Shown here in pieces: positions 28,734 to 36,298 of a stretch of DNA of 64,000 nucleotides. Source of the DNA: an uncultured Clostridia bacterium. Lineage in GTDB: Bacteria; Bacillota; Clostridia; Christensenellales; CAG-917. The notes under the pieces are model-generated. The model was given only the letters and a program-made list of their open reading frames with translations, was not told where the DNA came from and did not search any database. A program made the position numbers and the translations under genes. Position 1 is the first letter of the stretch. Each line of letters begins with the position of its first letter. Location: positions 191,752-255,751 of the forward strand of contig CALVKR010000002.1 in NCBI GenBank assembly GCA_944332995.1, in the 5' to 3' direction.

Positions 28734-29741
28734 CTATTTTACGGTTGGCGTATCTTGATTTCCGACTTCTTCTTCATCCAAATCGGACATGCTCGATTGA
28801 GCTGCTTTTTGAGCGTTTCGTTTTGCGATAAGTTCCTGTTGATAGGCAACGGCTTCGCTCGTGGCGGCGTCGTCGACTTCGCCGAATCCGCTTATCTTTT
28901 GTTCGTTGGCTTCGATTTTAGGCACCATGGCTTTTAAATCTTCTTCCATTTTCTTGAGCGTGGTAACCGCCCTTTCCGGCTCGGCAATGACCTTTTTGAG
29001 GTCGTCCACTTTAAGATATGCCTTTGCCTTATTAAGTTCGGATACGGAAAACTCCGAAGCTATGATTTTTTCTCCCACCAAACTTGCTATCATATCGAGC
29101 AAATCGCTGCAAAAGCTGTAGTTGCGGTAAGTATTGTTGAGTGCGTTGAGCTTAACCTTGACCGCCTTGACTTTAGATACGAGATTGTTGAGTTTGCGGT
29201 CGTTTTTTTCGTCTATTATGGCGTCGTTCAATTCGTCGATATCTCTTTCGAGGTTCTGCATTTCCGCCTCGAGTCTCTTTTCGTTTGAAAGATATTCCGA
29301 TTGCACGTCCTTTAATTCCGAAAGTTTTTCTTCAAGTTTTCTTCTTACCGACGAGGTTTCTCTCTTTTGGAGTTCCTCGCCTGCAATGGACGAATCCACG
29401 TCGCCGTAGAGCACGCTTGACCATTTATCGATAGTATAGTCGAGGTCGTCCACCGACTGAATGAGCCTGCCGCTGAGATATGACTTCATTTGGTCTCTTA
29501 CGTCGTCAATTTGAATCAAAGCGGTATTATAAAAACATTCGATGTTTTCGTCGCCCGTACCCACGATTTCTTCAAAATTTTTGATAACGTCGTAAAGTTT
29601 TTTTCTTGCCTGCTGAACGGATTCACCGTTTAAATCTTTGTTGTATCTTCCCTTATCGATATCAAATATGACGCCCTGCAATTTTTTTGCGACCTCGTCG
29701 CGCATGGCGTTGTTTGCTTTTACTGACGGTTTATACTTCAT
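28734..29741 (-). CDS. Long coiled-coil protein (possible PspA/ESCRT-III-like or TelA-like), hypothetical
   Basis: 335 aa with heptad-rich E/K/L/N composition and an acidic C-terminus. Its start overlaps the SPFH gene stop by 11 nt, with a GGAGGGGG RBS inside the upstream gene. Confidence 0.4.
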   Translation of the reverse strand: MKYKPSVKANNAMRDEVAKKLQGVIFDIDKGRYNKDLNGESVQQARKKLYDVIKNFEEIVGTGDENIECFYNTALIQIDDVRDQMKSYLSGRLIQSVDDLDYTIDKWSSVLYGDVDSSIAGEELQKRETSSVRRKLEEKLSELKDVQSEYLSNEKRLEAEMQNLERDIDELNDAIIDEKNDRKLNNLVSKVKAVKVKLNALNNTYRNYSFCSDLLDMIASLVGEKIIASEFSVSELNKAKAYLKVDDLKKVIAEPERAVTTLKKMEEDLKAMVPKIEANEQKISGFGEVDDAATSEAVAYQQELIAKRNAQKAAQSSMSDLDEEEVGNQDTPTVK

Positions 29742-30408
29742 CGCTATCCCCCTCCGAATTGACGGCGTTTTTTATCATGAGCATATCTTCTTCCGGCACG
29801 AAAATTTTTGCCGTTAAAGTGTTTACCTCTATTCCCATGTCTTTTATCAATTCTTTTTCGTTTAACTGTTTTTTGATTGCCACAGATACTTCTTCCGTCT
29901 TGGCGGTAACCTCAAAAACGGAAACCGTCGTATCGGCAAAAAGAGTCGCCACTGCGTCGGAAGCCACCATCTGCATGCATGACAGCACTTTTTTCTTTAT
30001 ATCGTCAAGAGTGATAACTGTTCCGAATTTGAAGTTGTCGATAAATCTGCGGTCGTTTACCACCTCGAAGACACATTCTCCGTTGGCGCCCACTCTGTAT
30101 GCCTGTTTAAGTTTCGGGTTTTTGACCTGAATGTCGCCCACTCCCCAAAGAATTTTCGGGAATACCGTGCTGACAAACGCCACCCTAAGCTGTTTTTTAA
30201 GATAACTTCTGTCCTTTTTCAAAAGGTCGAAAACTCTTTCGTCGGCGCACTGCTTGACCACCGCTTCGATTTTTTCATCGATATACAGATAAGCCTTAAA
30301 CTGCCTCGGAACGGTTATATTTACGTCCTTGGTCAATTCGAGCGGTTCGCAAAACTGAACGATTAAGTTTTCGTCGGCATAAGGTTTCAATAATACTTTT
30401 TTCGACAT
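29731..30408 (-). CDS. SPFH/Band-7-like protein of the YdjI (COG4260) type
   Basis: 225 aa, colinear by eye with B. subtilis YdjI-type proteins (ITVPRQFKAYLYIDEKI.., ..WGVGDIQVKNP.., YRVGANGECVFEVVNDRRFIDNF, ITLDDIKKKV, GIEVNTLTAKIFVPEED). Confidence 0.55.
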   Translation of the reverse strand: MSKKVLLKPYADENLIVQFCEPLELTKDVNITVPRQFKAYLYIDEKIEAVVKQCADERVFDLLKKDRSYLKKQLRVAFVSTVFPKILWGVGDIQVKNPKLKQAYRVGANGECVFEVVNDRRFIDNFKFGTVITLDDIKKKVLSCMQMVASDAVATLFADTTVSVFEVTAKTEEVSVAIKKQLNEKELIKDMGIEVNTLTAKIFVPEEDMLMIKNAVNSEGDSDEV

Positions 30409-30414
30409 AACTTA

Positions 30415-30777
30415 CTACCTCTCCTTATTTTCGGTTGACTTGATCACCTGGCAAATCCTTTCAATCGTTTCGTCGTCGAGATTTTCTTTTGCAACGGCGT
30501 ATATGACCCTCCTGCGGTTCTCCTCGAGATTAGCAAAATCAAGACGCATATTTTCAAGCGAGGAAGCAAGCGCCTTTTTCATCTTTTCCTGTTCTTCAGG
30601 CGTAAGGTCGTAGTTTGCCAAAATTGCGTCCTTCAAATCGTCGGGAACGTTGCGTTTGCCGTTTTCGATTGCCGAAAGATATGACGCCGAAATCCCCAGT
30701 TTTTCCGCCATTTGCTTTGCGCTGTCGCCGCAGTTGATACGAATTATCCTGAGTGTTTTTCCAAATTCCGTTATCAT
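30415..30777 (-). CDS. XRE-family helix-turn-helix transcriptional regulator; first gene of the cluster
   Basis: 120 aa with an HTH_3 signature (FGKTLRIIRINCGDSAKQMAEKLGISASYLSAIENGKRNVP). AAAGGAGAA RBS. Confidence 0.85.
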   Translation of the reverse strand: MITEFGKTLRIIRINCGDSAKQMAEKLGISASYLSAIENGKRNVPDDLKDAILANYDLTPEEQEKMKKALASSLENMRLDFANLEENRRRVIYAVAKENLDDETIERICQVIKSTENKER

Positions 30778-30818
30778 AGTATTCTCCTTTAATATATAAA
30801 ACGTTTTTGACTGTGTTT

Positions 30819-30847
30819 ATTATAGCATTGAAAAATGAAATAGTCAA
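30819..30847 (-). promoter_or_regulatory. Near-consensus sigma-A promoter for the XRE-led operon
   Basis: Minus strand reads TTGACT, a 17-nt spacer, then TATAAT (-35 at 30842-30847, -10 at 30819-30824), about 40 nt upstream of the XRE ATG. Direct repeats TGTAAATTT x 2 lie just upstream at about 30861-30885. Confidence 0.65.
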
Positions 30848-31039
30848 TAGGTGTATTTGAAATTTACAAAAAAAATTTACATTTTATGTGAAAATTTTTT
30901 AATCAAAAACGGCTTCCGCCCCCTTTTTGCCGTCTTAAACGCTTTTTTACAAAAAAACATAAGGCACAAAGGCAGATTGATTTTGCCGTTTAAGGCGAAA
31001 AGTTTTTAACGACATATTGTGAGAACTTAGACGGCGATA

Positions 31040-31897
31040 TCAAAGCACGACTTTAATTTTGCTCGGCGAATTTTGAACGCTCACGATAAACTTTTCGCCG
31101 GGGTAGTATTTTTCGCCGTCAAGGCAAAACGGATAATTTTTATCCAACTCGACTTCGAGGTTTTTTACCGCTTTAAAAGTCATGTTTTTCGAACGGTATT
31201 CCTTTTTAAAACCTATAAAAAAGGCTCGAAATAGCGGAAAGAAAATTTTAAACTTTTTGAAATGCCCTTTAGGAGTTCTTATCGTAAGAAGGTGAAAAAG
31301 TCCGTCGTTAAACTTATACAACCGGTTGAAGCGGAATCCGAAACATCTTTGAGAATCAAGGCACATAATCAAAGAATAAACTCCCTCGTCCGTTTTTCCG
31401 TCTGCCACGAGTTTTGCTTTCATATCGTAAACTTTGTATTCTTTAAAAACTTTAAAAATATATGCAAGCCACTTAAAGCGTTTCTTGCTCTTGTTCGAGG
31501 TGGAATATCCGATAGGAGTAAACGAGCCGCTCGCAAAAACGTAGACGAACTGATGGGAATCCACCCTGCCTATCTCGGATATGGTAAGGTCACTGCCCTG
31601 TTTTTTCATGTGTCCGGAAAACTCGTTTAAAGTGCCGTAAGGGAAATACAGCACGTCGATGCCCGTTTTCGACGCAATGTTCAAAGCGTTGCTCAGCGTA
31701 CCGTCGCCTCCGCAAACGGCAACTGCGTCGCACTCGTCAAGCTCAAACGTGTCCTTTTCGTCGGCTATCATAATAACTTCCGTCACCGTATATTCTTCGT
31801 CGGGAAACCTGTGTTTGAGCTTATCCAAAATGATTTTGTCATAGGCTTTTTCTCCGTTTCCGCTCAGTTTATTGATGACGATCTTCAATCTTTTCAT
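31040..31897 (-). CDS. Diacylglycerol/lipid kinase family protein (YegS/BmrU-like)
   Basis: 285 aa with the GGDGT motif (VAVCGGDGTLSNALN) and a DAGK catalytic-domain layout. Confidence 0.75.
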   Translation of the reverse strand: MKRLKIVINKLSGNGEKAYDKIILDKLKHRFPDEEYTVTEVIMIADEKDTFELDECDAVAVCGGDGTLSNALNIASKTGIDVLYFPYGTLNEFSGHMKKQGSDLTISEIGRVDSHQFVYVFASGSFTPIGYSTSNKSKKRFKWLAYIFKVFKEYKVYDMKAKLVADGKTDEGVYSLIMCLDSQRCFGFRFNRLYKFNDGLFHLLTIRTPKGHFKKFKIFFPLFRAFFIGFKKEYRSKNMTFKAVKNLEVELDKNYPFCLDGEKYYPGEKFIVSVQNSPSKIKVVL

Positions 31898-32318
31898 ACC
31901 GCTTTCATTTTACCATATATTGACGTATTGTCTATGCTTTTTAAACAAATTTAACTATCTATTTAGGCTCTACTATATATTATAAGCTCGTTTAATCTAT
32001 TTTGAGCACTAAAATCTCTTTAATACCCCGTCCGTTTTGGATTGAACCCGATTTTGCCTAATGACGATTTAACTTTTAAATGCTTTTATGCGGTATCGGG
32101 TAAACGGTATCGAAACAAGACAGATTAAACCGTTGCAATAAACTATGGCGGTTAGACGGTAGCGATTAAATAATTTTGAATATACCGCAACGAACATATC
32201 CCGTTAAATAAGCGATAATGATTAAACTGTATTGTTAAACGGTATCGGATAATCGATATTGAATATGCATGCTTGAGAGGAAAAATAAAAAAAGCGGCAT
32301 AAGCCGCATAAAGTAAGA

Positions 32319-32370
32319 AAAAGGTAGAACATCCAAAAAAATCGGAGAGAAAAAAGATGTTCTACCTTTT
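32319..32370. repeat. Perfect 15-bp inverted repeat (hairpin) inside a long ORF-free region
   Basis: AAAAGGTAGAACATC, a 22-nt spacer, then GATGTTCTACCTTTT. An adjacent short hairpin GCGGC-ATAA-GCCGC has an A/T run at 32282-32307. Confidence 0.7.
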
Positions 32371-32898
32371 ACCACATAGGTGGCATATAATAGGAAAACT
32401 ATTTAACCTGCCTACGCACACATCTTATTTTTTAAAACTTAAAATTAAATTAAAAACAAATTTAATTTTAAAAATTTTTTTTTAATTCGCATTTATTTCG
32501 CATTTTTTTCAAACCGACCCTCAAACCGCCACTAAAGTTTTAATTTTAGTGCCGCTCTTTAGTCTGTTGCGTTTCCCTTCTTTTCAATTTAATACGTTTT
32601 TAAGTTTTTCGGTTAAAATAAGGTTAAATAATAGCTATTATAAAAGAATTATCAAAATATTATCAAAAAAACGGTTTGATTAAACGCAGGCATTTTCATA
32701 TATTCGTTGTCTCCCTATTTAAGTTTTAAGCTGTTAATTTAAATCGAACGAAGTAAAAACGGTCCGTCGCAAGTTATCCGACGGCTAAAAATATAAAATT
32801 TATAGCTTTAATCGCTTTTAAGTGTTGCAACATTTATATTTTCGGTTAAAATTTAATTGGAGCGACGCATTGTCGCACTTAAAGGCAAAGGAGTAAAT

Positions 32899-33576
32899 AT
32901 GAGAGTTTTACTTATCGAAGACTCAACGAGTTTATCGCAAGCGTTGGTTGCGGTGCTCAAAAAGGAAAAATACGAGGTAGAAAACGTCTACGACGGCGAA
33001 AGCGGGCTCGAATTCGGGCTGAGCAACGTTTTTGACATTATCCTGCTTGACGTTATGCTTCCCGAGATGAGCGGTTTTGACGTTCTGAAAAAACTCAGAC
33101 AAAACAAGATAACAACCCCTATAATCATGCTTACCGCCCTGTCCGACGAGGCGAACAAAGTGCACGGGCTCGACTGCGGGGCGGACGACTATATCGCCAA
33201 ACCCTTTTCTATTCCCGAGCTTCTCGCAAGGATAAGAGCGCTGACGCGCCGCAAAAGCGACAGCTATCAGGGATTTATATCACACAACGGAGTCAACCTC
33301 GACGTCAACACCTACAAGGTGGAATACGACGGCAAAAGCGTAAAACTTTCGGTGAAGGAATTTGAGATTTTAAAGTATCTTTTTGAAAAAGGAAACGCCA
33401 TTGCCGATAAAGAAAATCTTATCGCAAAAGTGTGGGGATTCGACAGCGAATTTGAATCGAATACCCTTGAAGTTTTCATTTCCTTTCTAAGAAAGAAACT
33501 TGCGTTTTTAAACGCCCCCTTTACCATAAACGCAATAAGAGGCGTGGGCTATCAGCTCGAGGACAAAAAAGATTAA
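32899..33576 (+). CDS. OmpR/PhoB-family response regulator
   Basis: MRVLLIEDS receiver domain (D...LLDVMLP..., K at IAKPF) and a winged-helix C-terminus (IRGVGYQL). AGGAG RBS 7 nt before the ATG at 32899. Confidence 0.9.
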   Translation: MRVLLIEDSTSLSQALVAVLKKEKYEVENVYDGESGLEFGLSNVFDIILLDVMLPEMSGFDVLKKLRQNKITTPIIMLTALSDEANKVHGLDCGADDYIAKPFSIPELLARIRALTRRKSDSYQGFISHNGVNLDVNTYKVEYDGKSVKLSVKEFEILKYLFEKGNAIADKENLIAKVWGFDSEFESNTLEVFISFLRKKLAFLNAPFTINAIRGVGYQLEDKKD

Positions 33577-33714
33577 ACGCCTTACAGCTTGAATTTATTC
33601 GGACTTTAAATTTGCAACGGTAAAAATCAAAACGGCAAACAGCCAAACCGCAAAAATAAAGCGTCAAATTTAAAACGCTTTAAATGCAAAAGCAATCGTC
33701 AATCGGAACGGAAT

Positions 33715-35172
33715 ATGAAAATAAGCGTCAACACGTCATCTAAAAAGGAATTGTTTAACGACCTTAAAATAAAATTTATGTTGCTTGCGTCTGTTATCGG
33801 CACGGCGATTCTTTTGATTATTTTCATAGCGATTTTTTCGGCTCAATACGGCGATATGCAACTGAGCATAAAAGACAGCCTTTTTACAACCATAGAAGAT
33901 TTTAAAAGCAACAGCGGTGCGGGCTCGGAATTCAACGACTTCGATACCAGAAACCACTGTATTTTGCTTGTGGAAAGAAACGGAGTGATAGTAATAAAAC
34001 AACACTTCGACGGATATACGCAAACGGAACAATCGCAGATAATCAACGTCGTGACGAACACGGATAAAACTAAAGTTACGATAGGTAAAAGACACTTTCA
34101 GATTTTAAAAGCAAGCAGTTCAAACTTCGTATTTGACGAAACGGTATACGCAATTTACGACTATACTATGGAATACAACTCGATAATGGTTATGATTATC
34201 GCCTTTTCCTGTTCGATAATTCTGTCGGCGTGGCTGTTTTCTCTTATCGGCTGGTTGTTTGCAAAACACGCCGTCAAACCGGTCGAATACGCATTTCACA
34301 ACCAAAAGGAGCTCGTCACAAACGTATCTCACGAGCTCAAAACGCCGCTTACCGTTTTGGCGACAAATATAAATCTCGCAAAAGGCTCGCTGACCGCAAA
34401 AAACGCAGAAGCGAAAAGCTGGCTCGACAGTTCCGCCGCTCAGATAGAAAAAATGAACAAACTTATTCTTGAAATGCTCGAGCTGTCAAAATTTACAAGC
34501 GTGTTTTACAACCCCAATTTGGAAAAAATCAACCTGAGCGACTTTTTGGAAAGCACCCTGCTTTCCTTTGAAGCCACCTGCTATTATAAAAAAATCACGC
34601 TTGAAACGAAAATCGAAAAAGACGTGTGGTGCTATGTCGATAAAAATTCGCTCGAAAGGCTTCTTTCCATTCTCTGTGACAACGCCATTAAATATACACC
34701 CGAAGACGGCAAGATAAGAGCGGGGCTCGTCAAACAAAAAAAGAAAGTTGTCATCACCGTATCCAACACGGGCAAAGGCATATCGGAAGAAAATCTCAAA
34801 CACATATTTGAAAGATTTTACAAAGTGTCCACCGACGTGGAACAGTCAAAGAGTTTCGGGCTAGGACTTTCCATAGCGAGGTCTATAGCGCAATCTATGG
34901 GCGGCGAGATAAGCTGCGAAAGCGAAACGGATAAATATACCGCCTTTATCGTTTCGTTGCCTTTGGAAAGAAAGAAAACTGAGGCCTACGCAAATCAAAA
35001 ACGGCAGTTAAAGCAAAACGTCGACGAACAGTCTGACGATATGAAATCGCAGACGGACGCAGGACGCAAAAAATCACTTTTTAAAAGTAAATCCTCAAAA
35101 AAACAAGAGAGCAAAAACGGCTCGACTGAAACGGATACGACGCAGAAAAATGACGACGAGCGGCAGGATTAA
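33715..35172 (+). CDS. Sensor histidine kinase (HisKA + HATPase_c), two TM segments
   Basis: H-box SHELKTPLT, N-box DNAIKYT, and G-boxes NTGKGI / GLGLSIARS. K/S/D-rich C-terminal tail. Confidence 0.9.
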   Translation: MKISVNTSSKKELFNDLKIKFMLLASVIGTAILLIIFIAIFSAQYGDMQLSIKDSLFTTIEDFKSNSGAGSEFNDFDTRNHCILLVERNGVIVIKQHFDGYTQTEQSQIINVVTNTDKTKVTIGKRHFQILKASSSNFVFDETVYAIYDYTMEYNSIMVMIIAFSCSIILSAWLFSLIGWLFAKHAVKPVEYAFHNQKELVTNVSHELKTPLTVLATNINLAKGSLTAKNAEAKSWLDSSAAQIEKMNKLILEMLELSKFTSVFYNPNLEKINLSDFLESTLLSFEATCYYKKITLETKIEKDVWCYVDKNSLERLLSILCDNAIKYTPEDGKIRAGLVKQKKKVVITVSNTGKGISEENLKHIFERFYKVSTDVEQSKSFGLGLSIARSIAQSMGGEISCESETDKYTAFIVSLPLERKKTEAYANQKRQLKQNVDEQSDDMKSQTDAGRKKSLFKSKSSKKQESKNGSTETDTTQKNDDERQD

Positions 35173-35182
35173 AGCCGCTCGT

Positions 35183-35869
35183 TTAACTTTCACGTTTAAA
35201 TTCTTTTTTTATGCTTCTCAAAAATTCCTTTTGCTCGATGTCGAGCCTCAGCGACTCAATTCCCTTTTTTATTGCGATAAGACTGACGGAATCGGAATAT
35301 CTCTTTTGCAAAAGAATATCCGCCGTCTTTTTAAAATCTCTTACCTCTAGGACGGAAAGGAGCCAACCTATTGCCATTTCGACGTAATAGTCGTCGTTTT
35401 TTATCTTTGACGTTATCTCGACTATCTCGTCAAAACGCCCGTATGTAAAATAATCCAAAAAACAGACGACTCCGTATCTTATCGAATACGTCCTGTCCGA
35501 CTGCGTTTGCGCTTTAGCGTGTTCAAATACGGCTTCGAGGTCGTCGCTTTTTTTCCACAGTCCTGCCGTCATCGTGTCGCACACCGCCCAATTGTCGACG
35601 TAAGGCAAAAACTCGTTTAATCGGACAAGTTTTTTATCCGTTCCGCATTGCATACCCAACAGCAGACCGTGCAGCATATTTTCGTCGTAATATCTGTGAG
35701 GCAGAGTGTTTAAAAAGCCGTCCGATTCATCTTCCGTCAGCGACTTTGCTATTTTCCTGACGTCGGGAATGGTGCAACCCAAAAAATCGCCGATACCGGG
35801 CACAAGTTTGGAGTGAAATTCTTTATATTTTTGACTTGAAACGCTTTTTAATCTTTCAAGTATTTCCAT
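35183..35869 (-). CDS. DNA alkylation repair enzyme family protein (AlkD-like HEAT repeats)
   Basis: YKEFHSKLVPG...IPDVRKIAK...LPYVDNWAVCD pattern. The ATG at 35869 has a GAGGGGG RBS; the ORF track extends to 35914. Confidence 0.7.
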   Translation of the reverse strand: MEILERLKSVSSQKYKEFHSKLVPGIGDFLGCTIPDVRKIAKSLTEDESDGFLNTLPHRYYDENMLHGLLLGMQCGTDKKLVRLNEFLPYVDNWAVCDTMTAGLWKKSDDLEAVFEHAKAQTQSDRTYSIRYGVVCFLDYFTYGRFDEIVEITSKIKNDDYYVEMAIGWLLSVLEVRDFKKTADILLQKRYSDSVSLIAIKKGIESLRLDIEQKEFLRSIKKEFKRES

Positions 35870-36253
35870 ATCCGATACCCCCTCGTAAATTTCAAAAGCA
35901 CTGCCGTTATACAATTAAAATAAAAGAAATCACAAGACAGCCTATACCGTGCAACGCCACCTGCCAAGCTATACCACCCACCGAGCAACACCCACTGCCA
36001 CGCTACCGACTGCCATGCTATACTTTCGATACCTACGATACAACAAACGATAACAACAGCATTTTTTTCGCTAATTGACCGACTGTATTCTTACCGTTAT
36101 TATAAATCATTGTCGCACTAAAATCAACGAAAAACAAATTTGAGCTAGAGGCAGCGTTATACTCGATTAAAAGCAATTGTAGATTAAATAAATTTAAGCA
36201 AAACACGGCGTAAAAGCATTTGCTAAAAGAGCACAATAAACGTCGAAGCGCAA

Positions 36254-36279
36254 ATAAAAAGACGGCGCAATGCGCCGTC
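36254..36279 (-). terminator. Rho-independent terminator of pnp
   Basis: Stem GACGGCGC/GCGCCGTC, followed by TTTTTAT on the minus strand. Confidence 0.75.
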
Positions 36280-36298
36280 CTCTTACTTTGCGGTTAAA

